Positions 1 through 9,025 of a DNA stretch of 22,821 nt are shown here, in pieces. The position numbers and the translations under genes are program-made. The notes under the pieces were generated by a model. It was not told the DNA's origin. It made no database searches and saw only the letters and a program-made list of their open reading frames with translations. This DNA comes from an uncultured bacterium (GTDB taxonomy: Bacteria; Krumholzibacteriota; Krumholzibacteriia; LZORAL124-64-63). The stretch covers positions 1 through 22,821 of the forward strand of contig CAVSGO010000001.1 in assembly GCA_963727525.1 (NCBI GenBank), given 5' to 3'. Each line of letters opens with the position of its first letter. The first letter of the stretch is position 1.

Positions 1-66
1 CCGTGGATAGATTTAAGGAAATTCCTAAATCCGTTAAGCTTCTGTAAAATCGGCATGTAGAAAACA

Positions 67-94
67 GGGGCGAGAACACATGGGATCTCGCCCC
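67..94 (-). terminator. Probable intrinsic terminator of pepD
   Basis: Perfect 9-bp inverted repeat GGGGCGAGA (67-75) / TCTCGCCCC (86-94), starting 10 nt after the pepD stop. On the minus strand it is followed by TGTTTT. Confidence 0.7.
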
Positions 95-103
95 CGACCT
101 CGC

Positions 104-1555
104 CTAGCGGTTCACGTCGTCGAGCACCGCCTGGAGCAGCGTCCACATCTTCTGCACGGACGAGATCTGCACCATCTCGTCGGGTGAGTGAGCGCCGCGG
201 ATGTTCGGACCGAAGGAGACGATCTCCAGCCCCGGATACTTCTCCGTGAACAGGCCGCACTCGAGGCCCGCGTGGATGGCCTGCAGGTGCGGCTTCACTC
301 CGAATGTCTTCGCATACTGCGCCGTCGTCGTCTTGAGCAACTCCGACCGCAGGTTCGGCTGCCAGCCGGGATAACCCTCGGGCTGGTCGATGTCGCAACC
401 GGCCAGTTCGGCGAGCGCGCGGTGACGACCCACGAGGTGATCGAGCCGACTCATCACGCTCGAGCGACTGCAGCAGGTGACGCTGATCGCGGTGGGGTCG
501 GTGCGCAGCACACCGAGATTCGAACTGGTCTCCACCAGGCCCGGCAGCGCGCGGCTCATGCCGAGCACGCCGTCGGGAATGGCGAGTAGCAGATCGAGCA
601 GGCCGCGACTCGCATCCAACCCGAGACAGCGCTCCACCTTGGCGCTGGCGACCTTCCACTCCAGACCCTCGTCGGCACCCACGAGTTCCTCGGCCTTCGC
701 GCGCTCCAGGCAGCCGTCCACGAGCTTCTTGAACTCGCGCGCTTGCTTCTCCGGCACGGCCACCACGGCCGTGGCTTCGCGCGGGATGGCGTTGCGCATG
801 GAACCGCCGTCGAGGCTCACCAGGCGCACGGACATGACGGCCGCCGCGGCATCGATGGCGCGTACGAGCAGCTTGTTCGCGTTGCCGCGGCCGGTATCGA
901 TGTCCAGGCCGCTGTGGCCGCCGCGTAGGCCCTTGAGCGTGATCTTGCGCCCCACCGTGGTCTTGGGCGCCTTGCTTAGGCGGCGCGGGATGATGAACTC
1001 CGTGTCGCGGCCGCCGGCGCAGCCCACGAATATGGCGCCGTCCTCCTCGCTGTCGAGATTGATCATGCGCTTGGCGGTGAAGAAGCCCGGCTCGATGTTC
1101 TGGGCGCCCGTGAGCCCGCGCTCCTCGTCGATCGTCAGCAACACCTCGATCGGGCCGTGGGGCGAGTCGCTCTCGGCCATGCCCAGACCCATCGATACGC
1201 CGATGCCGTTGTCCGATCCGAGGGTAGTGCCCGTGGCCTTCACCCAGTCGCCGTCGACAACGGGCCGGATGGGATCCTTCAGGAAATCGTGCTTCGTGGC
1301 CGCATTCTTCTCGCACACCATGTCGACGTGGCCCTGGATGACCACCGCCGGCGCGTTCTCGCGCCCCGGCGACGCGGGGATCGAGATCAGCACGTTACCC
1401 ACGGTGTCCTGCTGCCAGGCCAGCTTCCGCTCGTCGGCCCAGGCCTTGAACATGTCGAGGATGGCCGCCTCATGGCCGCTACCGTGCGGCACCGCACACA
1501 TCGCATCGAACACGCGCCACACCGGCGCCGGCTGCAACTTCTCCAGCTCGCTCAT
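104..1555 (-). CDS. pepD: Aminoacyl-histidine (Xaa-His) dipeptidase, peptidase family M20C, 483 aa
   Basis: Motifs QGHVDMVCEKN, GTTLGSDNGIG, DEERGLTGA, NLDSEE, GGHSG, IHAGLECG and GAHSPDE. Start re-assigned to the ATG at 1555 (MSELEKL) with a GAGGAG RBS, which gives a typical PepD length. Confidence 0.95.
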   Translation of the reverse strand: MSELEKLQPAPVWRVFDAMCAVPHGSGHEAAILDMFKAWADERKLAWQQDTVGNVLISIPASPGRENAPAVVIQGHVDMVCEKNAATKHDFLKDPIRPVVDGDWVKATGTTLGSDNGIGVSMGLGMAESDSPHGPIEVLLTIDEERGLTGAQNIEPGFFTAKRMINLDSEEDGAIFVGCAGGRDTEFIIPRRLSKAPKTTVGRKITLKGLRGGHSGLDIDTGRGNANKLLVRAIDAAAAVMSVRLVSLDGGSMRNAIPREATAVVAVPEKQAREFKKLVDGCLERAKAEELVGADEGLEWKVASAKVERCLGLDASRGLLDLLLAIPDGVLGMSRALPGLVETSSNLGVLRTDPTAISVTCCSRSSVMSRLDHLVGRHRALAELAGCDIDQPEGYPGWQPNLRSELLKTTTAQYAKTFGVKPHLQAIHAGLECGLFTEKYPGLEIVSFGPNIRGAHSPDEMVQISSVQKMWTLLQAVLDDVNR

Positions 1556-1603
1556 GGATCGCTCCTCGGATCGGATGGCAGGGATGCAGACTCGCGCCTG
1601 ACA

Positions 1604-1632
1604 GGTATAGCGTCGGGGGCCGGTGGAGTCAA
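1604..1632 (-). promoter_or_regulatory. Candidate sigma70 promoter for pepD
   Basis: Minus strand TTGACT-17 nt-TATACC, about 50 nt upstream of the start codon. Confidence 0.4.
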
Positions 1633-1838
1633 TGCGGACGGGCCGAAACCAGCGGACATGCGGACATTCACCAGGGTGTGCCACATCTCCAGTCCGATCC
1701 TGAACCGGATGAAGGAGCCGAAACGGACCCTCGCTTTCATCGAGGACGGCGACGGCGCACGACGCGTCGGGAACCGAACGGTCAGGCACGAGTTTCGCAA
1801 AGCTCCCCCCGTCCGTTGAAACCGAGGAGGACGAGACG

Positions 1839-2618
1839 ATGGAAGCCGCGCAAGACCGAGACATGGCGCCGACAGACGAGATACTGAGCAAGGTGCCCCA
1901 GGTCACGCTCGTCTTCTGGATCGTCAAGATCGCCGCGACCACGCTGGGCGAGACCGGGGGCGATGCAGCGTCCATGTCGCTCGGTCTCGGGTATCTCGTG
2001 AGTACGGCGATCTTCGGCGCGGTCTTTCTCGGTGCCGTCTATGCGCAGATCCGCGCGACGCGTTTCCACGGGGGAATCTACTGGCTGACGATCGTCGCCA
2101 CGACGACGGTCGGCACCACGCTGGCCGACTTTGCCGACCGCTCGCTCGGGATCGGCTACGCTGGCGGATCGTCGATCCTGCTGCTGTCGCTGCTGGGGTC
2201 GCTCTTCGTGTGGCGTCGCGTGATGGGCTCGGTCGCGGTCGCGACAGTCGCCTCGCGTCGAGCCGAGATGTTCTACTGGATCACGATCATGTTCTCTCAG
2301 ACGCTGGGCACGGCCCTCGGCGACTGGACAGCCGATTCGGCCGGCCTCGGCTACCGGGGTAGCGCCGTCATCTTCGGCGCATTGCTAGCCGTCGTCGGAG
2401 CGGCCTACCGCTGGACACGCACCTCACGCACGCTGTTGTTCTGGGTGGCCTTCATCCTCACGCGACCCCTCGGGGCCGTGGTCGGCGATCTGCTGGACAA
2501 GCCCGTTGCGGCGGGGGGCCTGGCGCTGAGCCGCTATGCGGCGTCGGCCGTACTCCTGGCGTTCATGGCGGCATGTCTGTTCCTCATACCGCAACGCGCG
2601 GCCAGGCGGGCCCACTGA
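1839..2618 (+). CDS. COG4705 / DUF347-repeat integral membrane protein, 259 aa
   Basis: N-terminal SKVPQVTLVFWIVKIAATTLGETGGD, internal repeats YW..I....T.GT...D and FW.AFILTRPLGA..GD.L.KP, and multiple TM helices. GAGGAGG RBS. Confidence 0.85.
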   Translation: MEAAQDRDMAPTDEILSKVPQVTLVFWIVKIAATTLGETGGDAASMSLGLGYLVSTAIFGAVFLGAVYAQIRATRFHGGIYWLTIVATTTVGTTLADFADRSLGIGYAGGSSILLLSLLGSLFVWRRVMGSVAVATVASRRAEMFYWITIMFSQTLGTALGDWTADSAGLGYRGSAVIFGALLAVVGAAYRWTRTSRTLLFWVAFILTRPLGAVVGDLLDKPVAAGGLALSRYAASAVLLAFMAACLFLIPQRAARRAH

Positions 2619-2722
2619 AGTGGGACGTCGGCGATCGCCGGGTTCCGCGCAACGTCAGACTCGAGTATAGGCGGCACGGCCCGCCATGTTTGCCATGGAC
2701 ATGTGTCAGGACTCAATACGTC

Positions 2723-2751
2723 TTGTATTAGATTTTGCACAAGTCTAAGAT
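2723..2751 (+). promoter_or_regulatory. Candidate sigma70 promoter for the zinc-ribbon membrane protein gene
   Basis: TTGTAT (2723-2728)-17 nt-TAAGAT (2746-2751) in an AT-rich patch. An imperfect palindrome TTAGATTT...AAGTCTAA spans the spacer. Confidence 0.45.
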
Positions 2752-2799
2752 GCTGTCGGCATAGTTGAGATTATCGCATCGGCCTGGAGAGGGGATGGC

Positions 2800-3279
2800 A
2801 TGGGACTGCATACCTGCCCCGATTGTGGCGGAGACGTTTCTGATCGCGCCTCGGCCTGCCCGCACTGCGGCGCGCCCATGGCCAACCCGTCAGATTCCAG
2901 AAATCCGAAGAAGGTCGTCGTCGACGATGGGACCTACGCCGCCGGCGCAGAGGCCGGGCGCGGTTGTGCCCTGTTCTTTACGAGTGCGCCGATGGCCTTC
3001 GTGATCTTCTTCGTGTCCTGGTTCGTGGGCTGTACGTTTCTCGCCGTTCGGACCGGGGTCTACCAGGAGGGAGTGGAGCCACCTCTGTGGCTCGGCTTCG
3101 CACTCTTCGTCGCGCCGATCATTGTGGCCATCGTGGGGCGCAAGGTGATCCGCCGCGTGATTCCGATCATCGTGGGCAGCGGCGTGCTGATTGTTTCGGT
3201 GATTGCCGGCCTGCTTCTGCTCCTGCTGGGAGCGTCGATGATCTTCGGGTTGTTTTTCCACTGGCCCGGCGCGCACTGA
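2800..3279 (+). CDS. Zinc-ribbon domain membrane protein, 159 aa
   Basis: N-terminal CPDCG...VSDRASACPHCGAP (two CxxC pairs) followed by three hydrophobic segments. GGAGAGGGG lies upstream. Confidence 0.8.
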   Translation: MGLHTCPDCGGDVSDRASACPHCGAPMANPSDSRNPKKVVVDDGTYAAGAEAGRGCALFFTSAPMAFVIFFVSWFVGCTFLAVRTGVYQEGVEPPLWLGFALFVAPIIVAIVGRKVIRRVIPIIVGSGVLIVSVIAGLLLLLLGASMIFGLFFHWPGAH

Positions 3280-3486
3280 TCTGGTGACGACGCCGCCGCC
3301 CCGTGGCCCATTCCCCATGAGAATCCCGTCGTGTCACACCCCGTCGGATGGCGCGACCTATACCAAACCATCGGCGCAGTCGAAACATCAGTCGCCTGAC
3401 CGCGCGCCGCGAGTTCGCTCGTCGCGACGAGCGCCGAATTCCGAAAAATCGCTGACCCCTCAGCCAATCCCTCAGGAGGATATCCG

Positions 3487-6400
3487 ATGTCTGCACGACG
3501 ACGCATCGCCCGGCGCCTGCCGTGGCTCCTTGCACTCCTGGCCATGTCTTGCGGTCTGGCGCTCGCCACCGGCGCTCAGGCCATCGAATACAGCTACCCC
3601 GATAAGCTCTTCGGTGGCGACTACACGTTCTCACCCAGCGCAGACGAGATCATCGTGCGCCTGGCCACCGTCCCCGGTGGTATTGGCACTTCTGAAGTCG
3701 CGGCCATCGCCGCCGATGGCGGGCTGGATGTGGTGCGCGACGCCGGCGTCGCCGACAACCGCGTCGCCGTGCTGCGCACCCGGTCGGGCGGCTCGACCGT
3801 TGCCGCCCGCGCCACCCTCGCCGCCGATCCGCGCGTGACGCGGGCCTATCCGGCCCTGCGCAACGCCGACGGCACCACGCGTTACTTCGTGCCCGACCAG
3901 GTGGTCGTGCAGTTCCGCGGCGGCATGCGCGAGGCCGCCATGCTTGCCGATATCGCGCGGCTCGGTTCGCAGGTCGTAATCGACCACTGGACGCCGGGCT
4001 TCTACACGGTGTCGGTGCCCGAAGGCGTCGACGTATTCGACCAGGTGCGCGCGTTCATCGCCCTGCCGGACGTGGTGTTCGCCGAGCTCAGCACCATCTC
4101 CTACGACGACGGCGCCTTCGTGCCCAACGATCCGCTCTACGCGACCCAGTGGGCCTGCAATAACACGGGTGGCGGCGGTATGGTGGCCGACGCCGACGCC
4201 GACGTCCAGCAGGCGTGGGACCTCGAGCGCGGCGACCCGAACGTGATCGTCGCCGTCATCGACAGCGGCGTCGACTGGGACCACCCCGACCTGCAGCCCA
4301 ACATCCTCCAGAATCTGGGCGAGGACGCCGACGGCGACGGCCAGACCATGGTCTGGAACGGCAGCAACTGGGTCATGGATCCCGGTGACATCAACGGCAT
4401 CGACGACGACGCCAACGGCCGCATCGACGATGTCTTCGGCTGGGACTTCTCGGCCAACGACAACGATCCGAATCCCAACACCGCTGAGGACCAGCACGGC
4501 CACGGCACGTGCTGCGCCGGTCTAGTGGCCGCCGTGGGCAACAACGCCCAGGGCGTGTCGGGTGTGGCGCCAAACTGCCGCCTCCTACCTCTGCGGATCA
4601 ATCTGTTCAGCGGCATGAACCAGAACCGAGCCGACGCCATCAATTACGCGGTAGCCCAGGCACCGAACTACGGCGCCATGATCATCACTTGCTCCTGGAT
4701 CGCTTCCAGCGGCAGCACGATCTCCATCCAGAACGCCGTCAACGCCGCTCGTGCAGCCGACGTGCTGCCGCTGTTCGCGGCCGGCAACTCGAACAACGCT
4801 GTGCGGTTCCCGGCGAGTCTGGCGTCGGCCATGGCCATCGCGGCCACCAGTCCGTGCGACGAACGAAAGTCGCCCACGAGTTGCGACGGCGAGAACTGGT
4901 GGGGTAGCTGCTTCGGCGCGGCCCTCAGCGTGGGTGCACCCGGCGTGCAGATGCAGACGACCGACGTCATCGGCGGAGGCTGGTCGCCCGGCGCCTACCT
5001 GTCCAACTTCAACGGCACGTCGTCGGCCACCCCGTTCGCCGCGGGCATCGCCGCCCTGCTGCAGTCCAAGGCGCTGGAGCTGTTCGGTTCGCCACTATCC
5101 GCCAATGACTTGCAGGCGCTCATCGAGGACTCTGCTGAACAGGTGGGTGGGTACGCGTACCCCGGCGGCGTGTCCAATGAGCTCGGCCACGGCCGCGTCA
5201 ATGCCTTCGACGCGCTGAACCGGCTCATCATCGGCCCGGCCGTGGAGATCCTGCCCCCGCCGGTGGACATCGCTCTGTCGATCGACCGCTCCTACAGCAT
5301 GGTAGGCACGCCCATCCTGGCGGCCGAGAACGCGGCCGCGCAGGTGGTGCGGCTCATGGATGTGGGCGATCGCATCGCCGTCACCAGCTACAGCGGCGGC
5401 ACCAACCCCGGTGGCTTGCCCGGCTGGCCCGCATGGACGGACTACGCCACCACCACGATCATGAGCAACATCGACAAGGACGCTGCCATCGCCGCCATCA
5501 ACACCGGCGGCCACGTCTACGACCTGACGGCCATCGGCGCGGGCCTCACGCAGGCGCGCAACGAGCTGTTCGGCGCCTCGCCGGCGAACTACCCGCAGTC
5601 CATCATCCTGCTGTCCGACGGCAACAATACCGACGGTCCCGATCCGTTGACCCTTCTGCCGCTGCCGGCGCCGCAGCCGCATGTCTACACCATCGGCTTC
5701 GGGCCGTTCGCGGACGCCGCCACGCTGTCGGGTCTGGCCAGCGGCACCGGGGGCCAGTATTACTTCGCCGGCGGTACCGGCGCCAAGACGATGGGCGGCG
5801 AGTTGCCCATCATCCAGACCTACCAGATGTCGCTCATGCAGGCGACCGAACGGGAGAACCTCGGCTGGGAACGCGGCCAGATCCGCGACCAGGGCGAGGA
5901 GCGACATTTCTTCCAGGTCGATTCATCGTGTGATCAGATCCTCATCGGCCTGCTCTGGGGGCCGTACGACCCCGAGGCATTCAAGCTGTACCTGCAGGAC
6001 CCATCCGGCGTCACGTACGACTCGAACAGCCCCGAGTGGATCGGCGACATCACCCTGTCCGCGTTCCGCATCAACCGTCCCGAGCCCGGACAGTGGCTGG
6101 CGCAGGTCGTGCGCGTGGGCAACGGCCAGGGCAGCGGATACTACGACCTCAACCTCGCCGCCTCGTCGCGCGTGCAGTCGCAGCTCACGCTCATCCCGCG
6201 CGGCTGGAGCCTGCCGCTCACCATCCAGTTGCGCCTGTTCCAGCTCAGCCAGGACGAAGGCGTCGTTCCCCTGCGAAACTGCCAGGTGCCTTGCGCCGTG
6301 ACTTACCCCAACGGCGAGTACTCGCAGCTCCAGCTCAACGACGCGGGCCAGGACGGCGACGAGATGGCCGACGACGGCGTCTACACCGCCACCCTGCTCA

Positions 6401-8148
6401 ACACTGGCGACAGCGGCAACTACACCGTCGAGGCCACGGCCTACGGTCAGACCCTCGGCGGCGATCCGTTCACCCGCTACGACATGGCCAGCACCGTACT
6501 GCTGCGCGACGCCGTGCCCACGACACCCACGGTGGACCTACCCGACGTGGTGGCCCTGCATGGCACGGAACTCGAGTTGCCCATCGTCATCTCGCCACTG
6601 GTCGACTCGTTCGGCATCCAGACGCTGGAGCTGGGCGTGACGTACGACCCCGCCGTGCTCCAGCTCGGCGGCCTCGGCGACCTTTCCGGCACACTCTTGG
6701 AGAACTGGGCGACCCAGGTGGCCGACCAGGGCAGTGGCCTGCTTCTGACGGGCAGCGGGCCGGCTCTGCGGGGCAGCGGCATCCTCGCGCGCGTGAAGTT
6801 TCAGGTGGTGGGGGAACTGGGCGACGCCACGCCGCTCACGTTCAACCTCATCAATCTCAAGGACGGCCAGGGCAACCAGGTGCCCACCAATGGTCAAAAC
6901 GGCTCGGCGGTGGTGCAGTCGTCGCTCGAGGACCGTGTGCCCACGCCATTCGGACTGACCAATGGCTGGGGCTTGCGCTCGTTGCCGGTGGTGCTGTCGG
7001 ATGGCGAGACGCTGGCCGACCAGCTGCCCGCCGTCCAGGCGGTGCTGGGCTGGACGCCCAACGGCTACGACCAGACGCCGTCGCCCGAGGCGGGCCAGGG
7101 CTTCTGGCTGAGCTATGGCGGTCCGGACTCCGACGGCATCGTCACCGGCACGCCCCTGGGCATCTACACCCGCGAGCTGCCGGCCGGCTGGTCGCTGGTG
7201 GGCGGCCTGTTCGACCGGTCCGCAACGCCGGTAGTCGAGCCCACCACGGCCAACGCCGAGGTCTTCCGGTATGCGCCAAATCAGGGCTACTTGCCCGCCG
7301 TGCAGCTCGACCCGGGCCAGGGCTACTGGATCCACGTCGACGAGGCGGCCTCACTGACCGCCATGCCCGGGCAGAACAAGCAGGCTGACCGGCACGATGC
7401 CGACAAGGTGCTCACGCAGGCCGAGTTCACGGCCAACGGCGACGCCATGAGCGGCGTGCCGTCCATCAACTCCGTGGTGATCGGCGACGGTGCATCCGGC
7501 GACACGCAGGTGCCGTACCCGCCGGCGCCACCGGCATACACAACCCTGCTGCGCTTGCTGGCCGGTGGTGATGCGGGCTTCCCCCTCTACAGCGACCTGC
7601 GTGTGGACGCCTCGGGTCAGATGTGGTTCTTCGAACTGCAGGCCGGCGGCAACCAGAACGGCTCTGGCAGCACCGTGCGCTGGTACCCCGATCAGCTCCG
7701 CGCGATCCTCGATCAACCGTGGGTCCTGCATGAGGGCGTCGGCATCGGCGGCCCGGTGGTGGTGGCCGACATGCGCGAGACCAGCGAGCTGACCGTGAAC
7801 GACGGCGGCACGCACCTCTATACCATGGTCGTCGGCGCCGTCTCGGCGGTCGACGGCGAGTCGCTGCCCACCAGCTACGCGCTGGCAGGCAACTTCCCCA
7901 ATCCCTTCAACCCCCAGACCACCATCCGCTATGACGTGCCCCGTACCGGCCACGTGCAGCTCGACGTGTACGACCTGCGCGGCCAGCGAGTGGCCCGCCT
8001 GGTGGACGGCACCGTGGAAGCCGGCCGCCGCAGCGTGATCTGGAACGGCCGCGACGATCACGACGCCACCGTACCCAGCGGCGTGTACTTCGCACGTCTC
8101 AGCGCCGGCGGCGTGCAGCAGACCGGGCGCATGGTCCTGCTGAAGTAG
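3487..8148 (+). CDS. Secreted multidomain S8 (subtilisin-like) serine peptidase with VWA, cohesin-like and FlgD-Ig/T9SS-A-like C-terminal domains, 1553 aa
   Basis: Signal peptide ending AQA. Catalytic triad VAVIDSGVD (Asp at 4261), HGTCCAG (His at 4501), NGTSSATP (Ser at 5020), plus the oxyanion motif AAGN. VWA MIDAS DRSYS (5284), T in LTAIGAGL and ILLSDG. LNDAGQDGDEMADDGVYT motif. Cohesin-like block with YDPAVL...GSGILARVKF. C-terminal NFPNPFNPQTTIRY...WNGRD...SGVYFARL...MVLLK. AGGAGG RBS. Confidence 0.93.
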   Translation: MSARRRIARRLPWLLALLAMSCGLALATGAQAIEYSYPDKLFGGDYTFSPSADEIIVRLATVPGGIGTSEVAAIAADGGLDVVRDAGVADNRVAVLRTRSGGSTVAARATLAADPRVTRAYPALRNADGTTRYFVPDQVVVQFRGGMREAAMLADIARLGSQVVIDHWTPGFYTVSVPEGVDVFDQVRAFIALPDVVFAELSTISYDDGAFVPNDPLYATQWACNNTGGGGMVADADADVQQAWDLERGDPNVIVAVIDSGVDWDHPDLQPNILQNLGEDADGDGQTMVWNGSNWVMDPGDINGIDDDANGRIDDVFGWDFSANDNDPNPNTAEDQHGHGTCCAGLVAAVGNNAQGVSGVAPNCRLLPLRINLFSGMNQNRADAINYAVAQAPNYGAMIITCSWIASSGSTISIQNAVNAARAADVLPLFAAGNSNNAVRFPASLASAMAIAATSPCDERKSPTSCDGENWWGSCFGAALSVGAPGVQMQTTDVIGGGWSPGAYLSNFNGTSSATPFAAGIAALLQSKALELFGSPLSANDLQALIEDSAEQVGGYAYPGGVSNELGHGRVNAFDALNRLIIGPAVEILPPPVDIALSIDRSYSMVGTPILAAENAAAQVVRLMDVGDRIAVTSYSGGTNPGGLPGWPAWTDYATTTIMSNIDKDAAIAAINTGGHVYDLTAIGAGLTQARNELFGASPANYPQSIILLSDGNNTDGPDPLTLLPLPAPQPHVYTIGFGPFADAATLSGLASGTGGQYYFAGGTGAKTMGGELPIIQTYQMSLMQATERENLGWERGQIRDQGEERHFFQVDSSCDQILIGLLWGPYDPEAFKLYLQDPSGVTYDSNSPEWIGDITLSAFRINRPEPGQWLAQVVRVGNGQGSGYYDLNLAASSRVQSQLTLIPRGWSLPLTIQLRLFQLSQDEGVVPLRNCQVPCAVTYPNGEYSQLQLNDAGQDGDEMADDGVYTATLLNTGDSGNYTVEATAYGQTLGGDPFTRYDMASTVLLRDAVPTTPTVDLPDVVALHGTELELPIVISPLVDSFGIQTLELGVTYDPAVLQLGGLGDLSGTLLENWATQVADQGSGLLLTGSGPALRGSGILARVKFQVVGELGDATPLTFNLINLKDGQGNQVPTNGQNGSAVVQSSLEDRVPTPFGLTNGWGLRSLPVVLSDGETLADQLPAVQAVLGWTPNGYDQTPSPEAGQGFWLSYGGPDSDGIVTGTPLGIYTRELPAGWSLVGGLFDRSATPVVEPTTANAEVFRYAPNQGYLPAVQLDPGQGYWIHVDEAASLTAMPGQNKQADRHDADKVLTQAEFTANGDAMSGVPSINSVVIGDGASGDTQVPYPPAPPAYTTLLRLLAGGDAGFPLYSDLRVDASGQMWFFELQAGGNQNGSGSTVRWYPDQLRAILDQPWVLHEGVGIGGPVVVADMRETSELTVNDGGTHLYTMVVGAVSAVDGESLPTSYALAGNFPNPFNPQTTIRYDVPRTGHVQLDVYDLRGQRVARLVDGTVEAGRRSVIWNGRDDHDATVPSGVYFARLSAGGVQQTGRMVLLK

Positions 8149-8174
8149 CGGCTTCGGAGCGAACTGACGTGCGT

Positions 8175-8204
8175 GGGGTGGGTGGCCCTGGGGTCGCCCA
8201 CCCC
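8175..8204 (+). terminator. GC-rich hairpin downstream of the S8 gene (possible terminator or RNA-stabilising stem)
   Basis: GGGGTGGGTGGCC (8175-8187) pairs with GGTCGCCCACCCC (8192-8204), with two G-U pairs. No strong U-tract. Confidence 0.45.
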
Positions 8205-8227
8205 GCCTTGCGCACCGGCCCGGCGCA

Positions 8228-8256
8228 TTGACCCTCCGTCCGAAAGCGGGTACAAT
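8228..8256 (+). promoter_or_regulatory. sigma70-type promoter for the 8302 gene
   Basis: TTGACC (8228-8233)-17 nt-TACAAT (8251-8256): 5/6 match at both boxes with optimal spacing, 45 nt before the start. Confidence 0.7.
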
Positions 8257-8301
8257 TGACGCGTTTTGGTCAATATCGTTTTCTTGTGCGGGAGGCCCAT
8301 C

Positions 8302-8922
8302 GTGTTTCGCCTCGCCATTCTGTCCCTTCTCCTGCTCCTGCTGGTCGCAGCCCCCGCGGTCGCTCAGCTCGCCCCGTACTGGATTCCCGACGAAGGTTGC
8401 GAGCTCGCGCGGCAGTTCGGCACGTCGATGACCCAGTACTACCGCGGCGAGAATTCGCTGGACCTGAGCATCACCTCCGACCACGTCGAATACCATATCG
8501 AGGTCTATTCCTGGGATGGCAACGACGGTCTGTGCCGGTCGCGCAACGATTACCCGGGCATGGATTACGTGATCTATCGTTATGATCCGCCGCTGAAGGT
8601 TCTCCAGCTTCCGCTCTCGGTGGGCGCGACATGGACGAGCGAGTCGGTGCGGACGCGACAGGGCGGAGGCTCGATCCCTCGCACGATCACCCTGTCCAGC
8701 GCCGTCGTCGGCGAATCGAACGTCGAGACCGAAATCGGTACGCTCCATGTCTTTGAAGTCACCGAGGTCGTGACCTCTGAACCGGGCGGATTCACCGACA
8801 CCACCACCCGCCTCCTCAATGACCAGTTCGGCGACGTGAGCGGCCTCATCGGGATGGACGGTTGCACGACGGTGGCCGACGAACCCTTCTCCTGGGGAAG
8901 CGTGAAAAGTCTGTATCGTTGA
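8302..8922 (+). CDS. Secreted hypothetical protein, 206 aa, with C-terminal SWGSVKSLYR tail
   Basis: GTG at 8302 preceded by GGAGG (8291-8295). Signal peptide FRLAILSLLLLLLVAAPAVA. Beta-rich body with LPLSVGATW and ESNVETEIGT...FEV segments. Conserved tail. Confidence 0.8.
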   Translation: MFRLAILSLLLLLLVAAPAVAQLAPYWIPDEGCELARQFGTSMTQYYRGENSLDLSITSDHVEYHIEVYSWDGNDGLCRSRNDYPGMDYVIYRYDPPLKVLQLPLSVGATWTSESVRTRQGGGSIPRTITLSSAVVGESNVETEIGTLHVFEVTEVVTSEPGGFTDTTTRLLNDQFGDVSGLIGMDGCTTVADEPFSWGSVKSLYR

Positions 8923-9025
8923 TGGCGTGGTCGCCAGACGCGATCGTGCATAGATTGCCGGGCGCGGGCATCCCGACGCAATCCCGCGCTTGTCCCGCCT
9001 CGCTCGACACCGCGGAGGAACGCAG

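Noticed and set aside
1760-1815. GCAAAGC motif suggestive of a c-di-GMP-I riboswitch
   Set aside because: The upstream GGCAAAC/GAAA stem and the downstream elements of the consensus are absent.
1556-1975. 140-aa N-terminal extension of pepD
   Set aside because: It overlaps the DUF347 gene on the opposite strand. PepD homology and the RBS begin at 1555.
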